From a phage: a DNA stretch of 64,000 nucleotides. The DNA is taken from the sequence record PZ452581.1; one strand, given 5' to 3'. The translations under genes were made by a program, and so were the position numbers. How positions within the stretch are numbered: the stretch's first letter is position 1; every line of letters starts with the position of its first letter. A model generated the notes under the pieces. That model was not told where the DNA came from. It saw nothing but the letters and a program-made list of their open reading frames with translations, and did no database searches. This document shows, in pieces, positions 33,203-44,371 of this stretch.

Positions 33203-33401
33203 TTTCAATACTTATAATTTCAACATCAGCCCAATGACCATAGCAAGGAAGACGAAATTCAACTGGCCAGTTAGGGTCCTTTTCTAATATAATAGACTGA
33301 ACTTGTGGCTCTTCATATTCATCGGTATACGGACCTTTATACGTTACTTTATATGTGACCTTAATGTACTGAATTCCAAAAATCTTATTAATTATATTCA
33401 T
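33195..33401 (-). CDS. Hypothetical protein
   Basis: 68-aa ORF, ATG start, operon context. Confidence 0.5.
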   Translation of the reverse strand: MNIINKIFGIQYIKVTYKVTYKGPYTDEYEEPQVQSIILEKDPNWPVEFRLPCYGHWADVEIISIENV

Positions 33402-33595
33402 ACTAATTCCTTTAATCCGTAAATAGGAGATAATTCATCACCCATACGAAGGTCTTCATTTCCATCTACCCAGGAAACAATATAAGCCTCTTTTATTTGA
33501 ATACCACTCCATTTAAATGGAGGTAGAACCTTAGAAATTAATCCAGGTATACCAACTCCCTTTAATTCAACAGTTTGACCTAAAAAGAATTTCAT
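33398..33595 (-). CDS. Hypothetical protein
   Basis: 65-aa ORF, ATG start, operon context. Confidence 0.5.
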   Translation of the reverse strand: MKFFLGQTVELKGVGIPGLISKVLPPFKWSGIQIKEAYIVSWVDGNEDLRMGDELSPIYGLKELV

Positions 33596-33882
33596 TAGAA
33601 CCTCATCTGAAAACCATGCGATTTAACATTACCGCCGCCAATATCAGAAATGTTAATTTCACGCGCAATTGAAGGGTCAATGTCAATTTCACGATTAAGT
33701 TTAGTGATAGCTAAAGTATCGCGGCCATTTACAGTACGGAACTCTAAAGGGCAGACTACATTAACATAGTTTTTAATCGATTCACTAGTAGGCTGCAAAT
33801 GAGCAGGAAGGTCTTTAGGTGCCTTAGAGAAAACCACTTCACAGAAATTTTTGCGGGTATCAAAATAAGTAGTCATAAACAT
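33595..33882 (-). CDS. Hypothetical protein
   Basis: 95-aa ORF, ATG preceded by GAGGA. Confidence 0.55.
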   Translation of the reverse strand: MFMTTYFDTRKNFCEVVFSKAPKDLPAHLQPTSESIKNYVNVVCPLEFRTVNGRDTLAITKLNREIDIDPSIAREINISDIGGGNVKSHGFQMRF

Positions 33883-33899
33883 AGTATTTTCCTCAGTAA

Positions 33900-33913
33900 G
33901 GGGCCGAAGCCCC
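33900..33913. other. Intergenic stem-loop GGGGC-CGAA-GCCCC
   Basis: GC hairpin between two minus-strand genes; the T-tract lies on the plus-strand side. Confidence 0.45.
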
Positions 33914-33923
33914 TCATTTTATT

Positions 33924-34289
33924 TTAAATATCAAATTCGTTAAGAACTACATCAAAGATTGCTTCCAGATGCTCAGGTTTAGCTCTGTTACTCAGAATAT
34001 GACGAATCCAAGTTTTAACCAGAAGCTTGCGATTAACGCCATTCCAGCAAGGATGAGTCCCTAAATCGCGTTGACGAAAATCATCATCCAATGCGATTTT
34101 AAAAGAAGAACCTTCTTTCGTGATTGAAACCGTGATGCCATTTTCAAATCGCATATAAACGTAGTTAGGAGTCATATACTGTTCAATTTCGCATACTGAT
34201 CCATTTTGATGTTTCCAAAGGCAGATAGTATCAATAGAACCTGCAATACCGTTAGAAACATATTTACGTTCAAAGTTGATGTAATTCAT
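33924..34289 (-). CDS. Hypothetical protein (30.7-like)
   Basis: 121-aa ORF, ATG start; downstream of an early promoter. Confidence 0.55.
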   Translation of the reverse strand: MNYINFERKYVSNGIAGSIDTICLWKHQNGSVCEIEQYMTPNYVYMRFENGITVSITKEGSSFKIALDDDFRQRDLGTHPCWNGVNRKLLVKTWIRHILSNRAKPEHLEAIFDVVLNEFDI

Positions 34290-34326
34290 TTTTATTCTCC
34301 GAGATGTTTAATTGCGGTACAAGTAT

Positions 34327-34355
34327 ATAATATCATATCCTGTACCAAAGTAAAC
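34327..34355 (-). promoter_or_regulatory. Early promoter (GTTTAC, 17 nt, TGA-TATTAT)
   Basis: Minus-strand GTTTAC, 17-nt spacer, extended -10 TGATATTAT; inverted repeat GGTACAGG/CTTGTACC brackets the -10. Confidence 0.55.
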
Positions 34356-34359
34356 TATT

Positions 34360-34728
34360 TTATGCAACTTTAATCCAATTATCTAAATTTAATTCACCTT
34401 TGGCTTTCATTTTTTCAATCAAGAGGTCAGCGGTAATACGACCATTTTGATACCACGTAACATCTTCAGAGTAACCAGTTTCTTTATCTTCATAAGTCTC
34501 GCAGCGAATTTTACCAAGAATCAAAGTTTTTAATTCGTATGTATCTCCAGTAAAAAAGTTAGTTAACATTATTTTCCAAGAGAAATCATCAGAAGGACCT
34601 TCAGGAGTCATACAATCTACGAATTCAAATTGTTCTTTGTATAAGTGCCACTGAAGTTCTTTAGTTTCGATAGCTTTATAGCCGTCGTGATCTTTACCTT
34701 TGATGTATGAGTTAAGATTGATTTTCAT
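34360..34728 (-). CDS. Hypothetical protein (30.8-like)
   Basis: 122-aa ORF, ATG start. Confidence 0.55.
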   Translation of the reverse strand: MKINLNSYIKGKDHDGYKAIETKELQWHLYKEQFEFVDCMTPEGPSDDFSWKIMLTNFFTGDTYELKTLILGKIRCETYEDKETGYSEDVTWYQNGRITADLLIEKMKAKGELNLDNWIKVA

Positions 34729-34815
34729 TTTATTCTCCTTTGTTTGTGTAAGATAATACTATCACAAAGGAACCATACTGTAAACAACTTTGTGCAATCT
34801 TTGGAAAATAAAAAA

Positions 34816-34833
34816 GGACTCCCGAAGGAGTCC
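34816..34833 (-). terminator. Rho-independent terminator (minus strand) GGACTCC-CGAA-GGAGTCC
   Basis: 7-bp stem; in minus orientation it is followed by UUUUUUAUUUU; lies directly after the stop of the 34839..35057 ORF. Confidence 0.65.
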
Positions 34834-34838
34834 TCAAC

Positions 34839-35057
34839 TTATGCTTTCTGCTTACCAAAACGAGAAGCATCATCTCGAAGAACCGCACGTGCTCGGCGCA
34901 TGATCTTCTCAACAGTTTGATTGATACGAGAGTTCGACCCACGCTTGTAACCAGCGCGTTTAGAATCACCAACTTTCTTTTCAACTGCTTTCTTTGCTTT
35001 AGCTTGTTTTGCCATTATAAATTCTCTTTTAAATGAAAATGCAGGACTTATTGGCAT
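34839..35057 (-). CDS. Small basic protein (K/R-rich)
   Basis: My translation of the reverse complement reproduces the track protein MPISPA...GKQKA, so the gene is on the minus strand although the track labels it +; an internal ATG at 35015 (MAKQAKAKK...) is an alternative start. Confidence 0.5.
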   Translation of the reverse strand: MPISPAFSFKREFIMAKQAKAKKAVEKKVGDSKRAGYKRGSNSRINQTVEKIMRRARAVLRDDASRFGKQKA

Positions 35058-35134
35058 TGCCTGCGAAAGCCCTCAAGGGGTACTTAGGTTTTGAATATTT
35101 ACCGACAGGATAACCATAAACCTCGTCAACATAA

Positions 35135-35383
35135 TTACTTCAGTGTTACCACAAAGTGACGAACTGCTTTTCGTGCAGCAGAAGCCAGAGGCTTAGCATA
35201 TTTAAGTTCATCTTTTTCCTGAAGCTCAGCAGCTAGTGCAGTTTGAGCAGGATTCAGATGTTTGAAATAACGCAGGATTTCAAGAGCTTCGGCTTCAACA
35301 TCAATAGATGCGCCATAGTTTTCGTGACCATTATTCCATGCGTTTCGTTGCAGTTCAAGAGCGTGTTGTAATTGTTTAATCAT
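35135..35383 (-). CDS. rIII: rIII lysis-inhibition accessory protein
   Basis: 82-aa ORF; size and position as T4 rIII. Confidence 0.8.
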   Translation of the reverse strand: MIKQLQHALELQRNAWNNGHENYGASIDVEAEALEILRYFKHLNPAQTALAAELQEKDELKYAKPLASAARKAVRHFVVTLK

Positions 35384-35522
35384 TTAAAAATTCTCGTTAG
35401 AGATTAAAACTCGGTAGTCACGTTCTTCTGAATTTCATCTTCTTTCGACAGATCTCTCAGTTGTAGACTACCACATAGAATTGTTCGGTTAACTTATTAT
35501 TCCGACACCCAATTCATATTAT

Positions 35523-35530
35523 TATTTATA
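35523..35530 (-). promoter_or_regulatory. Late promoter TATAAATA (minus strand) downstream of gene 31, upstream of rIII
   Basis: Plus-strand TATTTATA abutting the gene 31 stop, about 140 nt upstream of rIII. Confidence 0.45.
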
Positions 35531-35866
35531 TCACTTATAAAGACACGGAATAGCTTTATAGTGACAGGTAACAAATTTTTGTTTAATTTCTTTTGGCTTC
35601 TTAAGACCCAGAGCTACAAAAGGATGTGGAACGTTTCGAATTTGACCAACTGGAAGAGAAGTCAAATCACCAACTTCACAGAAACCTTCAGGAACATCAG
35701 GACCAACAGAGTGAACTACACACAGTTCAGGAACTTCACCTTGGACACGTTTACCAATAATAAGTCCTGATTCTGTAACTTCTTCATCACCGGCTTGTGC
35801 AGGTTCAGAAACTAAAATAACATATTCACCGACAGCACGAATTGGTAGCTGTTGTACTTCAGACAT
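35531..35866 (-). CDS. 31: Co-chaperonin (GroES-like, gp31)
   Basis: 111-aa ORF; size and position as T4 gp31. Confidence 0.88.
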   Translation of the reverse strand: MSEVQQLPIRAVGEYVILVSEPAQAGDEEVTESGLIIGKRVQGEVPELCVVHSVGPDVPEGFCEVGDLTSLPVGQIRNVPHPFVALGLKKPKEIKQKFVTCHYKAIPCLYK

Positions 35867-35922
35867 CGTTTTTCCTTTTTGTTAACAGATGAATTAATAA
35901 TAACAAATAATTCTTAAAGCAT

Positions 35923-36231
35923 TTATTTACCAATAAATTGAAGCAAATGCTCAACTTTCATGCCATTAACGGAAATCAATTTGTCAATAGAAAAACCTCG
36001 CCATGCACCGAGTTCAACATCAAATATCGGAATCATATCAGTAGATTCTTTCCGAGTAGATTCAGTCAATTTACCGGTTTGCATGGTTGGCATAAAGTCT
36101 GCATCACGAGTACCTTTCATAGTACGAATAGTACCATCAGACTTTTCAAAAACCACGTTTGAAATACCCATGGACAATTTAGTTTTCAAAATTTCACGAA
36201 TTGCTACTTTCTGTTCAGTTGTCAGTTTCAT
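35923..36231 (-). CDS. Hypothetical protein (31.1-like)
   Basis: 102-aa ORF, ATG start. Confidence 0.55.
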   Translation of the reverse strand: MKLTTEQKVAIREILKTKLSMGISNVVFEKSDGTIRTMKGTRDADFMPTMQTGKLTESTRKESTDMIPIFDVELGAWRGFSIDKLISVNGMKVEHLLQFIGK

Positions 36232-36468
36232 TTATTTACCTATTACAGTTTTAATATGAGTTGTTCCACGTTCTTTAAGAGTGGAAAGCAACTTTTGGCA
36301 TTTTTCTAAATCAGATTTCCAACTATACGGCCTATCAATACAAACCCATTCTGACTTATAATACTGTTTCCATTTAGAGAAAAAATATTTCTTATACTCT
36401 ACAGCAAATGAAATGTTCTCGTTAGAATAAGAACTAATTGCTGTGAGCTGTACCAAACGAAATTTCAT
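36232..36468 (-). CDS. Hypothetical protein (31.2-like)
   Basis: 78-aa ORF, start overlaps the cd stop. Confidence 0.55.
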   Translation of the reverse strand: MKFRLVQLTAISSYSNENISFAVEYKKYFFSKWKQYYKSEWVCIDRPYSWKSDLEKCQKLLSTLKERGTTHIKTVIGK

Positions 36469-37049
36469 TATTCACCACAGAATTCGTTGATATTTTCCCA
36501 ATTTAACTTATTTAAGTTTTTCTTAGGAACATTAAACACTTCAATACCCGCATTTCGCAGAATATCATCCCAGCCAGGTTTATTTTTATCGTATGTTTCG
36601 CAATAAACCAGCTTTTTAATTCCAGATTGAGCTATCGCTTTTGCACAATCTGGGCAAGGAGAAAGTGTTACATACATAGTAGCACCTTCAATTGAAGAAC
36701 CATTTCGCGCAGCAAACAAAATCGCATTTAGTTCAGCATGAATTTCATTTTTAGACGACCACTCAGAGTGAGCACTACGATGTTCTTTCGCCAAGACAAA
36801 ACGATCAGTTGAACCAAATGATACACATTCAGGCTTATGACCTTGAATGATAGTATGTTTAGGCTTATTCAGCAACCAACCTTGCTCAGCAGCATAATCG
36901 CAGCAATTCACACCCCCGGCAGGTGAACCATTATATCCGGTAGAAATAATACGTCCATTCTTTTCAATTACCGCTCCTACCTTCCAGGAGCAACATTTTG
37001 ATTCTTGTGATACTAAATATGCAATTTGAAGTACTGTACTCGCTTTCAT
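36468..37049 (-). CDS. cd: dCMP deaminase
   Basis: 193-aa ORF with zinc-binding deaminase motifs HAELNAI and PCPDC. Confidence 0.93.
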   Translation of the reverse strand: MKASTVLQIAYLVSQESKCCSWKVGAVIEKNGRIISTGYNGSPAGGVNCCDYAAEQGWLLNKPKHTIIQGHKPECVSFGSTDRFVLAKEHRSAHSEWSSKNEIHAELNAILFAARNGSSIEGATMYVTLSPCPDCAKAIAQSGIKKLVYCETYDKNKPGWDDILRNAGIEVFNVPKKNLNKLNWENINEFCGE

Positions 37050-37384
37050 TTCATAATCACCAGATAAGCAGATTTAGCAGTTTCAACACGATAAATTTCG
37101 TGACGAAGTTTAGTTATACTTTTAATAACAGAACTAATTATATTCTGCCCATCTTTAAAGCGGTTTTTCTTATCAATAAAAATTGCACCAACCATCTTTT
37201 TGTGAAGCTCAACCGGATACTTCGTCACAATAATAGCATCATACACAGAAGGATGAATACTATTCACTAGAGTATCATTCATTAAAGTTATTCTAATGAA
37301 CTGTGCTGTTTCAGAGTCAAGCGCTCTATGATCACCAGTATCATTTTCAAGACAATTATCAATTATATCAGTTAAATTCATCAT
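37046..37384 (-). CDS. Hypothetical protein (cd.1-like)
   Basis: 112-aa ORF. Confidence 0.55.
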   Translation of the reverse strand: MMNLTDIIDNCLENDTGDHRALDSETAQFIRITLMNDTLVNSIHPSVYDAIIVTKYPVELHKKMVGAIFIDKKNRFKDGQNIISSVIKSITKLRHEIYRVETAKSAYLVIMK

Positions 37385-37617
37385 AGTACGCCATACACCC
37401 TTTGTGCTTCAACTAATCCATCAAAATCCAGTTTAAGATGTGTTATTTGATCACCATCACCTGGATTCACAATTACTAATACTGAACGAGGAGTTTCGGT
37501 AATAACACGAACCGATGTTTCAGGAAATCGTTCAGAAACCTTATTTACCAATTCCTGAGCAAATAGTTTAACTTTTTCTTGGAATTCTTTAACAGTAATT
37601 GGTTTTTCACTTAGCAT
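37381..37617 (-). CDS. Hypothetical protein (cd.2-like)
   Basis: 78-aa ORF. Confidence 0.55.
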   Translation of the reverse strand: MLSEKPITVKEFQEKVKLFAQELVNKVSERFPETSVRVITETPRSVLVIVNPGDGDQITHLKLDFDGLVEAQRVYGVL

Positions 37618-38138
37618 GTTGATCCCAGCTCCTTACTTTCAACGTTTTTAACTAATTTGACAGAAACTAATTCGGCATCTTGGGTAATCATTACCGGGCC
37701 TTCTTCATACTCTTCAAGATATTCTAGAGCTTTCTTTTTAGCTTCTTCCTTCGTATCAGTTTGAGCATAGATATAGAACATACAACCAGTAATACCTACT
37801 ACTTTCCACTTAATTTCTTTATCAGTTTTAATTTCAAATTTACTGATAGAGTCATCTTTTTGAACTTCTTCGAAAAAATAATATTCTGACATATAAGTAA
37901 TTGAAAATAACGGGCTATCTTTATAAGATTCGCCCATTACATCAACAGCTTTATACCAGCAGTCATCAATTTCACGTTTAATGCTAATAACATTTTTCGC
38001 AGAATCTATTTTTACTTTAAATGAATTTTCCCCAATAAACTTGGCAATTCGTTTATTAGCCCCGCAAGTTTCATTAAAAATATCTTTATATCCAGCTTTA
38101 AAGCGATAAACCTTATCTTCTTCAAACCATTTGCTCAT
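37611..38138 (-). CDS. Hypothetical protein (cd.3-like)
   Basis: 175-aa ORF downstream of an early promoter. Confidence 0.55.
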   Translation of the reverse strand: MSKWFEEDKVYRFKAGYKDIFNETCGANKRIAKFIGENSFKVKIDSAKNVISIKREIDDCWYKAVDVMGESYKDSPLFSITYMSEYYFFEEVQKDDSISKFEIKTDKEIKWKVVGITGCMFYIYAQTDTKEEAKKKALEYLEEYEEGPVMITQDAELVSVKLVKNVESKELGSTC

Positions 38139-38159
38139 TTCAATTTCCTCATTTGTTTT

Positions 38160-38198
38160 GGTAGAGCTATAATATCACAACTCTACCGTAAAGTAAAC
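38160..38198 (-). promoter_or_regulatory. Early promoter (GTTTAC, 18 nt, TGA-TATTAT) with flanking inverted repeat
   Basis: Minus-strand GTTTAC, spacer, TATTAT; 7-bp inverted repeat GGTAGAG/CTCTACC brackets the -10. Confidence 0.55.
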
Positions 38199-38200
38199 TG

Positions 38201-38476
38201 TTAAATTGCCTTGAATTCTGATGTCTGTGATTCAAAACGAATATCGCCTTTGATGACTAGCTCAGCATCAAGACCGAATACGACAATGATATGTGCGGAA
38301 CCTGGATACAGCGTAATGGCAATAGAATCAACCTGGTCTGGAAGCAAAGTATTCAATACATGAGTCACTTGAGCATGAATTCGAAGCTCGGCTGCGTTAT
38401 CAAGCTTTTCAAACATATTATTAGCGATAATTTGGCTAAACACTACTTCTACGATTTTAGAATAAGTCGGAAACAT
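38201..38476 (-). CDS. Hypothetical protein (cd.4-like)
   Basis: 91-aa ORF. Confidence 0.5.
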   Translation of the reverse strand: MFPTYSKIVEVVFSQIIANNMFEKLDNAAELRIHAQVTHVLNTLLPDQVDSIAITLYPGSAHIIVVFGLDAELVIKGDIRFESQTSEFKAI

Positions 38477-38478
38477 AT

Positions 38479-38679
38479 TTACCTCACATAATTTTCTTCA
38501 AGCCAATCAATAACATCCAACGCATTATCAAAAGTTGAACCATCTACTTTATCTTCTGTTTCATAATCAAGAACATCTAAGCCTACTCTTCCATCAACAA
38601 TAGGCCATAAACAAAATAGATATTTCTTTTCTTTTTCAATTTTATCACAAAGACGATAAATCTTTTCTATATTATTCAT
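38479..38679 (-). CDS. Hypothetical protein (cd.5-like)
   Basis: 66-aa ORF. Confidence 0.5.
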   Translation of the reverse strand: MNNIEKIYRLCDKIEKEKKYLFCLWPIVDGRVGLDVLDYETEDKVDGSTFDNALDVIDWLEENYVR

Positions 38680-38868
38680 AAGTTTTCCATGGTAAAGGCA
38701 GTTTAGTTTTCTTTACTGTTAGTTCAATATCAGGATTCTTTTCTCTTAATTTAAGGCATTCCTCCCAAGCTCTGATTTCACTAGTGAATACACAAAATTG
38801 CCCATTACTAGTACCAACTAAACCACTATTTACAATAACAATAGACCAAGTTTCATGATGCCACGCCA

Positions 38869-38869
<1 letters not shown>
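38672..38869 (-). CDS. Hypothetical protein
   Basis: 65-aa ORF overlapping neighbours. Confidence 0.5.
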
Positions 38870-40094
<1,225 letters not shown>

Positions 40095-40097
40095 TTA

Positions 40098-40328
40098 TTA
40101 TTTCTCAACCAATGATTGAATATAATCATGCAGGTCTTTAGATGCTTTACCCCACTTATTTTGGTATTCATTTTTAAGATTAGCCCGAGATTGAGCTAAT
40201 AAAACATCATTAGTTGGAGGTAAAGATTCTAATCGTTGAATCTGGCGTCCATAAATCATTGCAGCCATCTCGGATTCATAAATCAATCCTTTGAGATGTT
40301 CAAATTGATGCCATGAAATCATTTGCAT
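40098..40328 (-). CDS. Hypothetical protein
   Basis: 76-aa ORF. Confidence 0.5.
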   Translation of the reverse strand: MQMISWHQFEHLKGLIYESEMAAMIYGRQIQRLESLPPTNDVLLAQSRANLKNEYQNKWGKASKDLHDYIQSLVEK

Positions 40329-40618
40329 TTATCCTCTTTTAACTCTTGGCGATAATAACATATCATAGTTTTCTGATCATGTACATATCGTTTTACATCA
40401 TTAAGCCAAATACGAAATTCCTGAGAATCTTCAAATGGCATACCGACCCAAGCTTTACCGTCAATAACTTTAACCTGCCAAGATAGTTTAGCTTCATCAT
40501 ATGACTTTATTTGCACAGGCCAATTAGGATGAACTGTTTCTTTCTTTACTTCTAGAGGCTTTGTCGAACAACCAACTAGAAGACCAATAGATAATATTAC
40601 TGCTGATAGTTTAATCAT
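40319..40618 (-). CDS. Outer-membrane spanin (o-spanin, Rz1-like lipoprotein)
   Basis: 99-aa ORF with signal peptide and lipobox LLVGC; immediately downstream of the i-spanin-like gene. Confidence 0.65.
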   Translation of the reverse strand: MIKLSAVILSIGLLVGCSTKPLEVKKETVHPNWPVQIKSYDEAKLSWQVKVIDGKAWVGMPFEDSQEFRIWLNDVKRYVHDQKTMICYYRQELKEDKCK

Positions 40619-40968
40619 TTAGAAAGGTCCTGGATGTCTTCTGCGAACTTGTTGAAGGAGTTGTTGATTTGTTTTTCAACCAATCCTGGCTTATGAGCCA
40701 CCACATCCGCCTTCTTTGCGTCTTTGCGCAGTTTTTCATTTTCACGCTCAATAGCAGCAATTGCCTCACGATTTTTATTATTCATCGCATCAATATAATT
40801 ATACTGAATTCGCAAATTATTTAATGCTAAAGCGTTTTCATTGGCCGTTTTTGTAATTTCTACAACAGACGTTTCTAATCTTTCAATTTTATTTTTTAAA
40901 ATTAAAGAAGTTCCGCCTAATGCAATTACAATTAATAGCAAGCCTGCTGTCGTATTACTTAATTGCAT
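40615..40968 (-). CDS. Inner-membrane spanin (i-spanin, Rz-like)
   Basis: 117-aa ORF with N-terminal transmembrane segment (AGLLLIVIALGGTSLIL) followed by a coiled-coil-like region. Confidence 0.65.
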   Translation of the reverse strand: MQLSNTTAGLLLIVIALGGTSLILKNKIERLETSVVEITKTANENALALNNLRIQYNYIDAMNNKNREAIAAIERENEKLRKDAKKADVVAHKPGLVEKQINNSFNKFAEDIQDLSK

Positions 40969-41465
40969 AAAGTTTTAATAACCTCTATAATATCGTCTTG
41001 AGAAAGACCGTTAATTAAAATATGATGTTCAGCCGGAGATTTAGAAATTTTAAAGCATGCCTCAACATCTTCTGCCATATCCGATGCACTACGATTTGGA
41101 TTACTAATTCCAAGACGATGCTTTCCAGTCAAAGGATTAACGATGATATAGCATTTGCAGCTATTGATATGAACATTAGGCTGAGTCTGATTAATGAATA
41201 CTTCGCACTCATACTTAGCGAGTTGATTTTCTAAAAAGACTTTCATCTCCTCAACCGCATCAGGAAGCATATCACGGGCTTGCTCAAGACGACGATTTCG
41301 ATATTCTTTAATGGTCGTTTTCCGCTTGACTTGCTTAGCTAAATCTTTCTTAAGATCGGTGATATATCCAACTCGACGATTTCCTTTGAATACAGAAATC
41401 CCATCTGTAGTATCACCGTATGCTTCAACGACCATTTCAGTAGTAATAAGCTGCAAATCCATCAT
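40959..41465 (-). CDS. alc: Alc (host transcription unfolding / elongation terminator on cytosine DNA)
   Basis: 168-aa ORF; size and position between pseT cluster and rnlA as in T4. Confidence 0.8.
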   Translation of the reverse strand: MMDLQLITTEMVVEAYGDTTDGISVFKGNRRVGYITDLKKDLAKQVKRKTTIKEYRNRRLEQARDMLPDAVEEMKVFLENQLAKYECEVFINQTQPNVHINSCKCYIIVNPLTGKHRLGISNPNRSASDMAEDVEACFKISKSPAEHHILINGLSQDDIIEVIKTLCN

Positions 41466-41470
41466 AAAGT

Positions 41471-41523
41471 CCTCATGTTATGTCAGTAAGACTACTGTAA
41501 CACAACACGAGGGACTTGTAAAC
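41471..41523 (-). promoter_or_regulatory. Early promoter plus leader cassette, copy B
   Basis: Minus strand: -35 GTTTAC, 18-nt spacer, TGT-TACAGT, leader with GAGGA; 50 of 53 nt identical to copy A. Confidence 0.6.
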
Positions 41524-41526
41524 AGC

Positions 41527-43114
<1,588 letters not shown>

Positions 43115-43122
43115 AATAAAAT

Positions 43123-43136
43123 GGGCCTTGCGGCCC
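43123..43136 (-). terminator. Stem-loop GGGCC-TTGC-GGCCC downstream of nrdB
   Basis: GC hairpin followed by a U-rich tract in minus orientation. Confidence 0.5.
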
Positions 43137-43141
43137 ACTCC

Positions 43142-44320
43142 TTAAAAATATTTTTTAAAACTCATCATAACTTTATCATCAACATCATTATCAATCTGTG
43201 CTACAAGGTAAGATGACAGTTCTACTTCTTGCGGCGCGGATTGAACATTATCAGAATTAAGGTATTCACGAATCCAAGGATATGGATGTTTAACCGGAGC
43301 ATCGGTAATTGGACATGGAAGACCACACTGTTTCATACGAGATACAGTTAAGTAATCAATAAAGCTCCACATGCTATTTGTATTTAATCCAGGAACATCG
43401 CCATCTTTAAATAAATGAACTGCCCAATCTTTTTCTTGGCGGTTAACTTCCATGAAAATATCAACTGCTTCTTGTTCACACTCTTGAGCAATTTTAACCC
43501 ATTCATCGCCATCAGTACCAGATTGAAGTTGACGAATAATATATTGGGTGCCTTTAAGGTGAAGCTGTTCATCGCGTGCAATGAACTTCATAATCTTGGC
43601 ATTACCTTCCATGATTTCCATGTTCTTATGGAAGTTAAAGGTACATGCGAAAGATACATAAAAACGAATAGCTTCCAATGCATTGATTACATGCAAACAG
43701 AGGTAAAGAGATTTCATTAGCTCACGCTTCCAATATGTCTCATGCTCAATAGCATCTTCAATAACGTCTTCGTCTGCATTAATTTCTTTTTGGTATTCGA
43801 TATCAGCTTTAGCGTTTTCCCAATAACGAGTTTTAATCAGAACATCATCATAATAACGTCCAATGGATTCAGCACGTTTCATAATAGCTTCATCTAATAC
43901 AATTTCATCAAATACCTTCGATGGATCAGTATAAAGATTTCGCATGATATGAGTATATGAACGACTGTGAATAGTTTCACTAAAAGTCCATGTAGCAACC
44001 CATGTATCAAGGCTTGGGTCTGAAATTAATGACATAAGTACAGCAGATGGCGCGCGACCCTGAATGCTATCTAAAAGTGATTGATACTTCAAGTTGTTAG
44101 TAAAAATATTTTGCTGATACTGAGGAAGCTTATTAAACTGTGCAGCATCCATCATCAAGTTTACTTCTTCAGGACGCCAGAAAAATGATAATTGCTTTTC
44201 GGTTAAATCTTCAAAAACTTTATGACGTTGAATATCATAACGCGCAATACCAAGACCTGAACCAAAAAACATAGGTTCTTTTAAAACATCAACTGGATTT
44301 GTATTAAAAACTGTGCTCAT
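43142..44320 (-). CDS. nrdB: Ribonucleotide reductase small subunit (uninterrupted, no intron)
   Basis: 392-aa continuous ORF of the expected length for NrdB. Confidence 0.92.
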   Translation of the reverse strand: MSTVFNTNPVDVLKEPMFFGSGLGIARYDIQRHKVFEDLTEKQLSFFWRPEEVNLMMDAAQFNKLPQYQQNIFTNNLKYQSLLDSIQGRAPSAVLMSLISDPSLDTWVATWTFSETIHSRSYTHIMRNLYTDPSKVFDEIVLDEAIMKRAESIGRYYDDVLIKTRYWENAKADIEYQKEINADEDVIEDAIEHETYWKRELMKSLYLCLHVINALEAIRFYVSFACTFNFHKNMEIMEGNAKIMKFIARDEQLHLKGTQYIIRQLQSGTDGDEWVKIAQECEQEAVDIFMEVNRQEKDWAVHLFKDGDVPGLNTNSMWSFIDYLTVSRMKQCGLPCPITDAPVKHPYPWIREYLNSDNVQSAPQEVELSSYLVAQIDNDVDDKVMMSFKKYF

Positions 44321-44346
44321 AAATTTTCCGCTTAGTTAATAGATAG

Positions 44347-44371
44347 TGACTCGTCCATGAGTCAAATTATA
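44347..44371 (-). promoter_or_regulatory. Promoter-like TATAAT with adjacent perfect palindrome TGACTC-GTCCAT-GAGTCA upstream of nrdB
   Basis: Minus-strand TGATATAAT followed by an 18-nt palindrome in the nrdB leader. Confidence 0.4.

Noticed and set aside
34730-34984. 84-aa minus-strand track ORF
   Set aside because: It starts with TTG, overlaps the better-supported basic-protein ORF in another frame, and reads through the rho-independent terminator at 34816-34833.
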